Shown piece by piece: positions 48,583 to 59,302 of a DNA stretch of 64,000 nucleotides. The stretch lies in assembly GCA_965367815.1 (NCBI GenBank), contig CBDUKN010000006.1:41391-105390 (forward strand). The letters are read 5' to 3'. Every line of letters starts with the position of its first letter. The stretch's first letter is position 1. The DNA comes from an uncultured Thermoprotei archaeon. Its GTDB lineage: Archaea; Thermoproteota; Thermoprotei; Thermofilales; B15-G2. The position numbers were made by a program, and so were the translations under genes. Under the pieces are notes generated by a model. It was not told the origin of the DNA and searched no databases. It saw nothing but the letters and a program-made list of their open reading frames with translations.

Positions 48583-48783
48583 CTACTTAGCTAAAAGAAG
48601 GTATTTTGAATAATTCCAGTAGCTACAGGGCTTGTTGACTGTCCTTGAAACTCTTTCAACAGACTCTCTTCCCTTTAATATAGTTTCATAGTAGGCGAGA
48701 ACAGCTGCTATTACTACAGCCTTTTCTTCTTCAGATAAATTGTCAGCGCCCATTATTTTAACTTTAATACCCATATTCTGCAT
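48583..48783 (-). CDS. Small protein resembling decarboxylase/carboxylase accessory subunit tails (OadG/MmdD-like)
   Basis: EEKAVVIAAVLAYY...S.W pattern. Confidence 0.45.
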   Translation of the reverse strand: MQNMGIKVKIMGADNLSEEEKAVVIAAVLAYYETILKGRESVERVSRTVNKPCSYWNYSKYLLLAK

Positions 48784-48866
48784 ATGTCGTCTATTTTTTG
48801 CACAATTGTCGAATTAAAAGATTATGCTCCGGCAGGGCTAAATACTAGCTTAATACTGAATAATTA

Positions 48867-48914
48867 GTGATGAACGAGGGCGAGCCTGAAAAATGATGAA
48901 TTTCTCCCAACTGA
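48867..48914 (+). ncRNA. Box C/D methylation guide sRNA
   Basis: C GTGATGA (48867-73), guide ACGAGGGCGAGC, D' CTGA, C' ATGATGA (48893-99), guide ATTTCTCCCAA, D CTGA (48911-14). Confidence 0.88.
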
Positions 48915-48967
48915 GACTTCTCGAGAAAACATTATAAAGCGCTTTCTCAAGACTATAAGGAGACAGT

Positions 48968-50653
48968 ATGCACTTAGAGCTACAGAGTGAGCTAGGATCT
49001 CTACTACACTTAATACTCACCGCTGCATTAGCAGTAATTTACGCTAAGAACAGATCTATTGTTATTTTACCAGCTCTCATGCTTGCTTCGCTTATAGGCG
49101 TAATGGTTGGTCTAGAAGTCCACCCATTCATAATAGGTATATCGAATTTTGCTGCCGCTCTAATCGTATTTATTGCTGGACTTGAACTAGACCCCTGCTT
49201 TATTAGAGTAAACAAGGAGAGAGCCTTGTTTATATTCGTATTTGAAGCTGTTCAAATCCTCACATTCTACTACATTTTAATAAACTTCTTTCCAATAGAA
49301 ATAGCTACTGCTCTTACAGCCATAATGGTCGCATCTAATGAAGCTTTTGCTCTAGAGCTGAAGAAATATAAGGGCGGACATCTAGCTCAGTTCGGTATTA
49401 CGCTTTCTGTTCTCGAAGACGCACTAGCAGTATTTCTTCTCTCAATAGGATTTTTCACTTCTCCTAAAACACTTCACTTAGGAGTTCTTGAAACAATCAT
49501 TGTAACAAGTCTCTTCTTGATACCTCTCATATACTTTGTTTCAGGGCTATATGTCAAGATACTCAATAGTCTTGAAAGAAAAGATACGAAAATACTCCTA
49601 GCTATACTTTACTTAGTTATACTGATGGCCATAGCCGAAGCACTAGGTATACCGGAGGCGATACCTGTATTCATAGGAGCCGTTTCGCTGTCTTTCCACG
49701 GCTTTGATAGAGAAACATTCAATGCTATAGAAAGCTACTTTGTTCTAGCTCTAACAGGCTTCGTTTCATCGCTTCCATACACTGTTTACAAGGCGACTGA
49801 AGCTGAACTTACACTAGACCTCTTTATTCAGGCAACGCTGCTGGGAGCTATGCTGGCCGTAGTCGCCTACGTAGTTAGGCTAGCCATAGTCTTTACTGCC
49901 TCCATAATGGGGGGACTAAACGTAGATGACGCTTTTTCGCTGGCAGCCGCTTTAGCCAATACAGGTGAATTCGGGCTAATTGTTCTCTCTACTCTCGTAG
50001 TGACAACAGGACTTGTTACAAGCAATATAGCTTACGCCGCGCTATTCGCTTACGCCTTTAACTTAACTCTAGTCTCCGAAGCTGTTAAAAGACTTTCAGG
50101 TATAAGACGTAGAGTACTAGAACTCATGAAACCTAAACTCTACGACTTCTTAGTAAAAGTAAGTGAAGAAGCCAATACTGTTGTAGAGACCTTAGCTAAA
50201 GATATTCAGCTTAAAGAAAGTATTCTCGAAATCACTATAACAGTCTTCATAGTCTACTTAGTTACAGGACTCTCTGGAATATATCCAAATCCCGTATCGG
50301 ACTACATTTTCATGCTCTTTCTTCTATCAGCATTCATTGCCTCAACTCAAGAAGTTTTCCAAATACTAAGCTCTGCTCTCAGCAGAATAGGCTCTTCTAG
50401 AACATTTTTCGCATTCTTCTTTAGACTAATGGTACTCTACATAGTAGTAGCACCTCTCCTACACTCAATGAAATACTTTTACAGCAGAGGCAGGTTTCTC
50501 CAGCTAATTCACCCAATAGACTCTCCTCTAAGTCTACTCATAATAATAGTGCTCACTATTGCAATAAAGAACTTAGCCGAGAAAACAGCTAAATTTACAT
50601 TAGGTCACTCAGTATCTGAGCCAGAAAACGTATCTGAGAAAAAACAAGACTAA
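48968..50653 (+). CDS. Cation:proton antiporter (CPA2-like)
   Basis: FIAGLEL, VLEDAL, GEFGLIV; multi-TM. Confidence 0.8.
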   Translation: MHLELQSELGSLLHLILTAALAVIYAKNRSIVILPALMLASLIGVMVGLEVHPFIIGISNFAAALIVFIAGLELDPCFIRVNKERALFIFVFEAVQILTFYYILINFFPIEIATALTAIMVASNEAFALELKKYKGGHLAQFGITLSVLEDALAVFLLSIGFFTSPKTLHLGVLETIIVTSLFLIPLIYFVSGLYVKILNSLERKDTKILLAILYLVILMAIAEALGIPEAIPVFIGAVSLSFHGFDRETFNAIESYFVLALTGFVSSLPYTVYKATEAELTLDLFIQATLLGAMLAVVAYVVRLAIVFTASIMGGLNVDDAFSLAAALANTGEFGLIVLSTLVVTTGLVTSNIAYAALFAYAFNLTLVSEAVKRLSGIRRRVLELMKPKLYDFLVKVSEEANTVVETLAKDIQLKESILEITITVFIVYLVTGLSGIYPNPVSDYIFMLFLLSAFIASTQEVFQILSSALSRIGSSRTFFAFFFRLMVLYIVVAPLLHSMKYFYSRGRFLQLIHPIDSPLSLLIIIVLTIAIKNLAEKTAKFTLGHSVSEPENVSEKKQD

Positions 50654-50671
50654 AGTTTTATACGTCTTTAG

Positions 50672-51280
50672 ATGAAATATTTTAAAGAAAGTATGGAAGA
50701 CAGAGTACGGCCAGTACACGCGCTATGTTTTTTCACAGTTAGCTTACTTGGCAATATAAATCAGCTGATAGTTTTCGACTACTATGACCCAGATAAGTAC
50801 TACGCTAGCTTAATTGAGAGAGAGCTTATAGACGAAGAATTAGAGGCAATAGCATCTAAAATGCAAGACTACCTTGACGAAGAAAAAGTGTTAATTAACG
50901 GTAAAAGAGTATATCCTGAGCTAAGGTACATAGACTTAGCTTTTCGAGGAAGTCTTAAAAGACCATCACTTTACTTTATTATTCACTTTAAAGGAGACTT
51001 TAAGACGGGAATAAATGTATACGAAGACTATTACGACAGAGAGATAGCTGAGTACGACTACGAGTTTTACTGGATTTTCCCTCCAGGCGTAGTAATTAAA
51101 GACATCATTGTAGACGGTATTTACAGCAGAATTGGAGACAATATCTTAGCTGTTTATGTAGATAAAGGAACAGAGATCAGTGGATTCGAGAAAATAGTCT
51201 TCGAGATACCCGACTACCTAGCCGAGCACATAAGAAAAACTACTAACAAATTTGAAGTGAAAACATTTAGCAATAATTAA
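50672..51280 (+). CDS. Conserved hypothetical acidic protein
   Basis: Clean 202 aa ORF downstream of the antiporter; no motif recognised. Confidence 0.7.
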   Translation: MKYFKESMEDRVRPVHALCFFTVSLLGNINQLIVFDYYDPDKYYASLIERELIDEELEAIASKMQDYLDEEKVLINGKRVYPELRYIDLAFRGSLKRPSLYFIIHFKGDFKTGINVYEDYYDREIAEYDYEFYWIFPPGVVIKDIIVDGIYSRIGDNILAVYVDKGTEISGFEKIVFEIPDYLAEHIRKTTNKFEVKTFSNN

Positions 51281-52674
51281 GGTATTAGACCGAAAGTTCT
51301 CGCGTAAAGTACACCTAAAGCGAGTATAAGTGGAGCTACACTAAAAAGTGGACCGTACTTCATCCAGTCTTTAAGCGTAATTTTACCAGCTCCTCTTGAC
51401 TCAAGAATACTCACCGCCGTTATATTCGCTGTACTTGCTACTATCGTGAAATTCCCGAAGTATGTCGCCGCGAAGAGCATACTCCACCAAAGCGGAAAAA
51501 CATTTACCCCCATAGCCTCCAAATTCCTTATCACCGGTATAAAGAAAGCTACCGCTAAGACATTGTCTAAAACACTGCTTAAAAGACCTACAATAATGGC
51601 TACTAAGAAGACTAGCTGAGCAACATTACCTCCCATAATTTCTTTGAGCGCAGAAGCCATTATTTCAGTCACTCCTACTTGCTCTAAGGAACCTATCGAA
51701 GCAAAAAGGAACATGAAAAAGAGAAGAAGAGGCCAGTCTACGCCACTTTCAAGAAAATCTCGTAGTCTGCTTCTCTCGAGAAATAGAGCCATTATAGCGC
51801 CTCCCAGAGCAGCTACAATAAGCATAGAGCCCTTCTTTAAGTGAAGAATATGTTCTAGAGTATCGTGAATAATAAGTGGAGTAAGCACAGCTATTAGCAG
51901 AAGCCATGCCTTGACAAGCTCTCTTCTAGGAATCCTATCCACTCGCATTGACTTCAAGTCTAGCGACGACAGACTCTTGTTTAAGGACTCAATATCTCTT
52001 GAGAATATTTTGAAAGAAAGAGCTGTTATCAGTAAAACAGCTGTAAGTGTAGAAGGAGTAGCCCAGTTCAAGAAATCGTGGAAAGAAAGCCCTACTTCAA
52101 GCGCTATCAACACGCCTACCGGATTGCCTACTACAGTGGCGCTACTACCTATGTTTGCCGCAAACGATATCATGTAGATAAACGGCACAGGATTTACTCT
52201 ACAGAAAAGAGATATTCTTAAAACCATGGGTACGAGAAAGAGTATAGCTGTAACTATACCTACGAGAGAAGCTGAGAACGCGGAAACTACTATAAGTAGC
52301 GCTACTAGGAGAAAAGCATTAGACCCTGTTTTTTCAACCAGACTCGCTATAGTATACTCGAAGAAACCTTTTTCTTCAAGATAGTTCACAACAATCATCA
52401 TGCCTATCAAGAAAACAATCACATCTAAGTGAGTCGACTCAACAAAGTGCTCGATATCCATTACTCCAGTCAAAAAGAGAAGGAATATCCCGAGAATAGC
52501 GAAAAGGACTTTGTATTCCCAGAAAGCCATAATACTGGCTGTTTGAAAAGTAATGATAGTTACAGCTATAGTCTGCTTTAGATTCAGCCCCCCTACCACA
52601 GATAAAACAATAGCGGCCGCCGTAAGCCCTAATACAGCCAGTACTCCGCGCTCACTCCCCATACTCATCACCAC
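51277..52674 (-). CDS. ArsB/NhaD/SLC13-family permease
   Basis: LIGMMI, AANIGSSATVVGNP, SSVLDNV, GNFT..ASTAN. Confidence 0.9.
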   Translation of the reverse strand: MVMSMGSERGVLAVLGLTAAAIVLSVVGGLNLKQTIAVTIITFQTASIMAFWEYKVLFAILGIFLLFLTGVMDIEHFVESTHLDVIVFLIGMMIVVNYLEEKGFFEYTIASLVEKTGSNAFLLVALLIVVSAFSASLVGIVTAILFLVPMVLRISLFCRVNPVPFIYMISFAANIGSSATVVGNPVGVLIALEVGLSFHDFLNWATPSTLTAVLLITALSFKIFSRDIESLNKSLSSLDLKSMRVDRIPRRELVKAWLLLIAVLTPLIIHDTLEHILHLKKGSMLIVAALGGAIMALFLERSRLRDFLESGVDWPLLLFFMFLFASIGSLEQVGVTEIMASALKEIMGGNVAQLVFLVAIIVGLLSSVLDNVLAVAFFIPVIRNLEAMGVNVFPLWWSMLFAATYFGNFTIVASTANITAVSILESRGAGKITLKDWMKYGPLFSVAPLILALGVLYARTFGLIP

Positions 52675-52798
52675 TCAGGCAGGATTCTGAAGCTAACCTA
52701 GCTTAAAGTACTTGCGCTTTTAATAAGTTTTTCCTTGAAGAATCAAAACGCATGAAATAACATAAATATCTTTATAAATCTCAATAGGCTTTCTTAGG

Positions 52799-53839
52799 AT
52801 GATGGCTGTGAACACCCTAGAAGAGTTATTAAAAATGCTCATAGAAAATATACTAGCACTATTACCGCAGATAGCTAAAACACTGCTAATTTTAGTCATA
52901 GGATGGATTATAGGCAAGTGCATTTACATAGCAGTTAAAAAATTTATAGAAAAAATAGGAGTAGACTCAACATTTAAAGACAGTATTCTAGGCAGAGCTC
53001 TAGCGAGATTCGGTATGACCATAAGCTCTTTTGTAGCCTCTAGCATAAAGTGGTTCATATACACTCTAGCGCTAATGTCAGCTATAGACATCTGGGGAAT
53101 TCCCGTACTTTCACACTTCACTCAAATAGCAGTAGAATACTTACCGAACTTCATCGGAGGAATACTAATACTTGTAGCAGGCATGATTATATCTGAAATA
53201 CTAGTCCAAATAATCGACGAATCTCTATCAACAATAAAAGTCCCCTACATAAAGTTAGCTTCTCTCTTCAGCAGAATACTCTTATACGCAATAGTAGTAG
53301 TCACAGCTCTCCTCGTAATGAAAATAGATGTATCTATACTTTATGCACTCCTCAACGCTCTCTTCTGGGGCATCGCTCTCGGAATAGGCGTGGCAATAGG
53401 CATAGCCTTTGGATTAGGACTAAAAGATGAAGTGGCTCGCTCAGCTAGAAGATGGTTCCAGCTAGCTGGAGCAACTGAAGAAAAGGTCGCCGAAAAAGAG
53501 TACGAGAAGAAAATAAAAGAATACAAAAAGAAAATAGAGAATTTAGAAAAAGAACTTGCTAAAGAAAAAGAAACAGTAAAGGAGCTCAAAGAAAAAAAGG
53601 AAGAGAAAATAAAAGAATACGAGCGCATGGAAATGGATCTAAACGGAAAACTCAAATCGCTTATAAAGGATTCAGGAAAAATACTTTGCGCTCACGGAGG
53701 ATACTCTATTGAAGTATCTGAACCCGGAGTCTTCCCGTGGATAGAAGTACTCGTGACACTAGTAGCCAACGGCTACAAAGTATCCTTAGAGAAAAGAGAT
53801 CAAAAATACATTATTGAGGCTACACTTAAAAGAAAGTAA
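52799..53839 (+). CDS. TM_helix-repeat (MscS-associated/CmpX-like) membrane protein with cytoplasmic coiled coil
   Basis: LPQIA..LLILVIGW, YLPNFIGGILIL, IAFGLGLKD, followed by a K/E-rich coil. Confidence 0.75.
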   Translation: MMAVNTLEELLKMLIENILALLPQIAKTLLILVIGWIIGKCIYIAVKKFIEKIGVDSTFKDSILGRALARFGMTISSFVASSIKWFIYTLALMSAIDIWGIPVLSHFTQIAVEYLPNFIGGILILVAGMIISEILVQIIDESLSTIKVPYIKLASLFSRILLYAIVVVTALLVMKIDVSILYALLNALFWGIALGIGVAIGIAFGLGLKDEVARSARRWFQLAGATEEKVAEKEYEKKIKEYKKKIENLEKELAKEKETVKELKEKKEEKIKEYERMEMDLNGKLKSLIKDSGKILCAHGGYSIEVSEPGVFPWIEVLVTLVANGYKVSLEKRDQKYIIEATLKRK

Positions 53840-53879
53840 AGCAGATTATTTAAGAGAACCAATAGAATTTTAAATAGAC

Positions 53880-54666
53880 GTGAAAGAATACCCTAGATTC
53901 TGGCGCCCAGGAAGTAAACCTTTCAATCCGCTCAAGTTAGCTGAAGAAACCGAGAAAATTGTTTGCCGCAAAGAAGACAGCGTAGTAAGCCGTAAGTATA
54001 CGCACTTTTATGTTGCGGGAGTCTATAGAGGAATAGTTACAGCTTGTGGAGTAGGCTGCTGCCTACGCTGCTTCTACTGCTGGGTTCCGCTAAGTAGAGA
54101 TTATCCTGAATACTATGGCAGATACTATAAGCCTACTGAAGTAGCTGAAAACATAGCAAAACTAGCTAAAAAATACAGAGTCAAGAAAGCTAGAATTTCT
54201 TCTGCGAGCCAACCATAAGCCGTGAACACTTGCTCCAAGTGCTTGACATAATTGAAGAAACTAGAGAAATTAAACTATTCGTCTTAGAAACAAACGGCAT
54301 AATTTTCGGAGCCAATAAGAGCTTCATGAAAGAAGTACTAGACTATAGCAAAGTATACACCAGGATATCTATTAAGGCCGGCGAGCCAGAAAGCCTTACT
54401 TGGCGGACAGGCGCCGAAGGACGCTTCTACGAGCTACCCTTTAAGGCAGTAAAGTACTTTAATGACAAAGCAGAGCCGCTTAAAAGATTCCGTGTAGCTG
54501 CAATGACTGACCCGAGAATCATGAGCTCAAGTGAACGTAAAAAATTATTAGGAGGCTATGGGAAATTAACCCTATTTTAGCAGTAACTCTTGAATAGGAA
54601 GTAGTAGACCTCTACGATACCACACTAATTAGACTCAAGAAAGCTGGCGTCAAAATATTCAAGTAG
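53880..54666 (+). pseudogene. Radical SAM protein, decayed
   Basis: CCLRCFYC (CxxxCxxC), ETNG; frameshifts at ~54200 and ~54550, plus an in-frame TAG at 54595. Confidence 0.8.
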
Positions 54667-54700
54667 TACTCTAACTATAATTGTTAAATAGTAGTACTTA

Positions 54701-54931
54701 ATGGTAGTACTCGTGGAATATATTGTTAAAGTAACTAGGAAAGGTCGGGTAACAATACCTAAGGAGCTCAGAGATATCCTAGATATCAATATAGGAGACT
54801 ATTTAGTAGCTAGAGTCGAGGGACATAAAGTAGTATTTGAGAAAATAGCTCCGCCAGAGCTAGGTGAACCTGTAGGCGAAAAAGAGTATAGCAATATTAT
54901 AAGAGAACTCGACGAAATGAGGAGAAAATAG
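54701..54931 (+). CDS. AbrB/VapB antitoxin
   Basis: VKVTRKGRVTIPKELR; three GTAGTACT repeats around its start (54663, 54691, 54704). Confidence 0.82.
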   Translation: MVVLVEYIVKVTRKGRVTIPKELRDILDINIGDYLVARVEGHKVVFEKIAPPELGEPVGEKEYSNIIRELDEMRRK

Positions 54932-55334
54932 CGGTAGTACTTGATACAAGATTCCTCTTAACACATACTTTTCCTCCAAGTGAAGATGACAAAAAGCTCC
55001 TCAAGAAACTTACATCAAAGATTTTCCGCCGTAAAGTCTATTTACCGTTAGTTGTAGTCGTCGAGTACATTAAGATAGCTGGAAAGCGTCTAGGTTCAGA
55101 AGGAGCTGAAAATAGGCTTTTGTCGTGGCTTGCTTCAGGTGCTCATTTAATCGAAATAACTTATGATGACGCTGTAGAAGCAGGAAAAATCTGCTAACGC
55201 ATGACATTCCTGTAGCAGACGCTATTATAGCATCTATAACAAAAAGACTAAAAGCCCTAGTTGTTTCAGATGATCCTCACTTCAGTGAACTAAAAGTCAA
55301 AACAATATGGTATAAAACAGTAAATACTTCTTAA
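54928..55334 (+). pseudogene. VapC PIN toxin, start codon lost and frameshifted (not in ORF track)
   Basis: ATA in place of ATG, then AVVLDTRFLL...VVVVEY; frameshift at ~55190, then IPVADAIIAS...VVSDDPHF...IW. Confidence 0.8.
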
Positions 55335-55647
55335 AACCATTATTAAGGAATAATAGTGTTTATATTAAAACATCTCTATATTCTCACATTAATCTTTATG
55401 AATAGAAAAATCTATGTACTATTGAAGGCTAAATATTATTTAGTGGAGGTTAAAAGAAAAAATCTCCTGTTAGTTAATTTCATGCTATTCACGCTCACTG
55501 TGGTATTAAACGCCCTCCGCTACACTATATACTCTACATACCTTCAAGTACATCACTATGGTATAATGGAAGTGGCTGCTACAATAGGTTCTATCACTTA
55601 CTTCGAAGAGGGGGATCCCTATGCTATTATTCCTCCATAAAAATATT

Positions 55648-56713
55648 ATGAGAAAAATCGTCTACATAGCAATTCTCGTAGCATTCATAGTAATTTCAAG
55701 CATATACGTAGGGCAGTATGTTTCACTGCCCAAAGCTAGTCTCAAAAAAGGTGCTGTATTCTACTATAAAATGGTAAAAGTACCACTATCTACAAGAGTA
55801 TGTTTTTTCAATAATGTCTTCAAGTACGCCGAGTACTTAAGTAAAGTGGAAAATACAACTGTTTACATTATAATCAAGTATAAGAATGGAAGTAAGAAAA
55901 TAGTAAAGTACACTCCTCCAAGTGGAAAGTCGCTACATACTGCTAGAATACACATAAAGGGTGAAGACTTAACGTCACATCATGTAAAATATAGGTATGG
56001 TGTAGAGTATGCTAAAGGCGAAGTTCTTAAAGGAACTCTTATAGTGAAAGTTCTCGAAGTTTAATGGAAGTAAGATTAAGGTTTTTGCGTCAATTAATGC
56101 TACTCTGCTTTACTCTGAGTTCGTTGAAGGAGTTAGAAAAGAAAAAACTAAGCGTGTGTACAGAGAGGGAGTTTATTATATAGATTTAAGTACTATGAAA
56201 GCATTTAAAGAAAATGGGAAAGAATTAGGATATACATTTCTGATACTTAATCCGTTGTTGTTTACCAAAGATAAGATAAGCGTAGATAATAACAAGGTGA
56301 ATTTAGTTGTAGATAAGCTATTTGTAGATCCTTATGACACACCAGCTGGTAGAATAAGATGTGTGAGAGTAAGAATGTATGTAGTTAACTCTACTCTTAA
56401 TATTTATGTGTCAGGTAAGCCTGAAGTAGGCTCATTCATTTACTCTAAGGATACCGGAGTACTTGTTCTTGCACGTAGAGGAGTTATGCCCGACGCTATT
56501 CTAGGCGATCTCTTAGACACAAATTTAATAGGAAACTTCTTCACGAGTGTCTCTCATAGAGGTGCTATAGGATTTTGGTTAGAGAAGTTTGAAGACATTG
56601 AGTTAAGTGAATTAGCTTTAAGTACTCATGAGTACTTAGCGACAGTAACTATAGTCTTTGCCGCGCTTATTTTCTTGACTAGAAGTAGGAAAAGAGGGCT
56701 GCTTATTAAATAA
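55648..56713 (+). pseudogene. Secreted membrane-anchored hypothetical protein split by one frameshift
   Basis: MRKIVYIAILV signal; removing one T at ~56062 joins it to the 56156..56713 frame, which ends in a TM + RSRKR. Confidence 0.6.
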
Positions 56714-56733
56714 TTATTTATTTTTTACTAAAT

Positions 56734-58089
56734 TTATTTAGAGTACTTTTTCTTAACTTCACTGAATAACTTTTTCTGCTCACTGTACCATTTTTCAAAA
56801 TCTTTTGGAGACTCAGGGAAGTTTAAGTATAGGCTTCGGGCGCGATCCATGAAGCTTTTAACTTGTACTAGCTCTTTTAGTAGAGAGGGTCTAGTGAGCA
56901 ATTTAATGGCCTTAGTGGTCTTTGAGACTACTGCTGAAACTAATTCGCCTCGATAGCCCATTTCTGCAAGTTCTTCATCAGACACTATCTTCTTCTCTAT
57001 TACAAAATCAAGGTCTTCTGCTGTAAGTTTCTGCATATATATTCTCAGGACATCAAGGCTCGCCTGCTTTGCACCGTAGGCTTCATGATACAGCTTGTGT
57101 ATTTTCCAGAGATTCTCTACTGTAGGTTCGCCTTTTTCTAAAGCCTCTGTTATTACTTTAGCTGCAGCATCTGCACTTAGCATAGAGGGCCCTATTCCTC
57201 CTCCATGAATAGGATTAGCTGTACAGGCAGCATCTCCTATTACCACGAAGCCGTTCCACGCCATACACGCAATAGTTCTTCTCGTAGGACACAGACCTCC
57301 ACCTTCATTAATTATCTTGGCTCCAGCCTTCTCGAGAACAGGTCGAATATACTTGTTGAAATTGTCTTTAGGGTTAGGCGCACCTGGCTTAGGCTGAACT
57401 CCCAGCCCTACATTAACTACGTGCTTTCCTTTAGGGAACCACCACCAGTAGCCTCCTGGCGCCACTTTGGGATCCAAGTATATTATGGCTAAGTCAGTTT
57501 CCTGTTCTTCCTCGACTTCAGCTATAACTCTGTACGCTATATTGTAGTCTTCTATGGGAGTCTCTTCGGAAACCCACCATTCTCTCGGGAGACGTGTTCG
57601 GAGAACAGGGCTGGCTCCCGTAGCATCTATTGTAATTTTACCCAGTATTTCTACTTTTGCTCCATCTTCGCGGAGAGCTACTAGTCCTTTAACCCAGTTC
57701 TCTTCGATAATAGGCTCTATTACTTTATGTGAGTCATAGAGCTCAGCGCTAGCATCTAAAGCCCACTTAAGTAACTTTTGTCCAAAGGCTTTTCTATTTA
57801 AAGCGTATCCTTTGCCCCAAGCAGTGACATATGCTTTCTTGCTAGGCGAATATACTCTAACGCCCTTAAATAAGGAAACAGCATCCTCGCCTAATTTAGG
57901 AGGCTCTACACCAAGCCTCTCGAAATGATGCTCCCCTACAGCATCGCCGCAGACCTTCTCACCTATCTTGGATTCAGGCTTCATTTCAACTATAGCTACC
58001 TTGAAGCCACTTTTAGCAAGCCTAAATGCCGCGAAAAGTCCTGCAGATCCAGCTCCAGCAACCACTACGTCGTATTTCTCAGATGACAT
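56734..58089 (-). CDS. Digeranylgeranylglycerophospholipid (geranylgeranyl) reductase
   Basis: YDVVVAGAG.AG, GEKVCGDA, APGGYWW.FPK, GDAA...NPIHGGG. Confidence 0.92.
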   Translation of the reverse strand: MSSEKYDVVVAGAGSAGLFAAFRLAKSGFKVAIVEMKPESKIGEKVCGDAVGEHHFERLGVEPPKLGEDAVSLFKGVRVYSPSKKAYVTAWGKGYALNRKAFGQKLLKWALDASAELYDSHKVIEPIIEENWVKGLVALREDGAKVEILGKITIDATGASPVLRTRLPREWWVSEETPIEDYNIAYRVIAEVEEEQETDLAIIYLDPKVAPGGYWWWFPKGKHVVNVGLGVQPKPGAPNPKDNFNKYIRPVLEKAGAKIINEGGGLCPTRRTIACMAWNGFVVIGDAACTANPIHGGGIGPSMLSADAAAKVITEALEKGEPTVENLWKIHKLYHEAYGAKQASLDVLRIYMQKLTAEDLDFVIEKKIVSDEELAEMGYRGELVSAVVSKTTKAIKLLTRPSLLKELVQVKSFMDRARSLYLNFPESPKDFEKWYSEQKKLFSEVKKKYSK

Positions 58090-58152
58090 GCATTACACCC
58101 CTCAGTATATTTAATAAACTTAGTCTACTTAATAAACTATTAGGTATAATTT

Positions 58153-58608
58153 ATGAAACCTGGTGAACCTAAAATAACTCTAAGTCAAGAAATAGCATTG
58201 AAAGTAGAAAAGAAAATTAAACATACAGCACAGGGAGTAGAAGAAACACTTAAAGAAATACTCGAGAAAGGAGAAGTAAGCTTCGAAGACATGAAAATGC
58301 TCCTCGAATCACTGAAACCAAGCTTTAGTCTCTTATCCCAGAAATGGGTTCTCGAAATACTTTACTCGCTTCTCATATTAGGTCCCCTCGGCTTTAATGA
58401 ATTAAAGAAAATTACTGGAGCCAGTTCTCGAAGTCTATCACTTAAACTCAAAGCTCTATCAGATTCAGGATTTATTGAAAGAATAGTAGAGAAAGGTCCT
58501 CCGCTAAGAACATCGTATAGGCTCACAGAAAAAGGCAGAACATCAGCTCTACTATCGTTACCGCTACTATATTACATTGTAACAATGACTCAATCAAATA
58601 CTGCCTAA
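58153..58608 (+). CDS. HxlR-family winged-helix regulator
   Basis: QKWVLEIL...FNELK...SLSLKLKAL...IER...PLRTSYRLTEKG. Confidence 0.88.
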   Translation: MKPGEPKITLSQEIALKVEKKIKHTAQGVEETLKEILEKGEVSFEDMKMLLESLKPSFSLLSQKWVLEILYSLLILGPLGFNELKKITGASSRSLSLKLKALSDSGFIERIVEKGPPLRTSYRLTEKGRTSALLSLPLLYYIVTMTQSNTA

Positions 58609-58963
58609 AAGTCAATATAATTTCTTTAAAGACTAAATATGAAATATGTGTTTATTTCCAAAATACAATAGTTGAAACAAAACCTTATACGCTAACTCTC
58701 TAATTATGCAACAATATAAGAGCAACTAAAATAAAACGAGAATACGAGCACTTAATGCTGCTATTAGTATATAATATCTTGTATTTGTCTATTTAAAGCC
58801 TCAACAAAGTATTATTGATTTTCTTTCAACGTGCTTTTATTCTAATTTATGGTACGTTGTATGAAATGGTATTTCCGCTAGCCCAGCTGTGAAGAATACT
58901 AAATAGCAATTTATTATAGAATTCTGCTCTAGCGAATAAATTTCTGTAAAAAGTTAAACATTA

Positions 58964-59217
58964 TTTATTAAGTGTAGCTCCCAAAATGGGAATAGCTAGT
59001 AATCTTAGTATAGCTATCGAACCCATTATTAATAAAATTATTATTAATCCTATAAAACATATTATTGGATTTGTTAACCATATTCTTCCTTCTATAGCAA
59101 AAAATAATATAGATATAATTAATATAACTATCAAGAAAATTATAATTACTGATATAATCTCAGCAACCGGATATTTCTGTAGGAATTCTCTACTTCAAGC
59201 CTTTTTCTTATTCATCA
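58964..59217 (-). pseudogene. Remnant of a small membrane protein
   Basis: Minus strand encodes two hydrophobic helices after an early TGA; very AT-rich. Confidence 0.35.
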
Positions 59218-59302
59218 TTAATTAACTATTCATAAAGATTTAAAATTTATTTATTTTAGCTGGTAAAGGCACAGTCTTTCGCAATAAGTATATATTGTGA
59301 TA

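Noticed and set aside
36503-54597. Possible TAG recoding (in-frame TAG in the GH99 and radical SAM genes)
   Set aside because: Many intact genes here end in TAG at the expected position, and the radical SAM gene also has frameshifts; nonsense mutation is simpler.
55356-55640. 94 aa ORF between VapC and the secreted protein
   Set aside because: AT-rich with no recognisable motif; could be a remnant but is not supportable.
666-57739. Many short ORF-track entries antisense to or inside real genes (e.g. 666..887, 2233..2637, 3648..4007, 5188..5499, 12727..13230, 19774..20145, 26161..26490, 29734..30180, 31346..31630, 53341..53655)
   Set aside because: Shadow ORFs opposite well-supported genes, with Ser/Ile/Phe-rich antisense composition and no motifs.
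58986-59225. Plus-strand Ile/Asn-rich ORF
   Set aside because: Composition is the antisense image of a hydrophobic minus-strand remnant.
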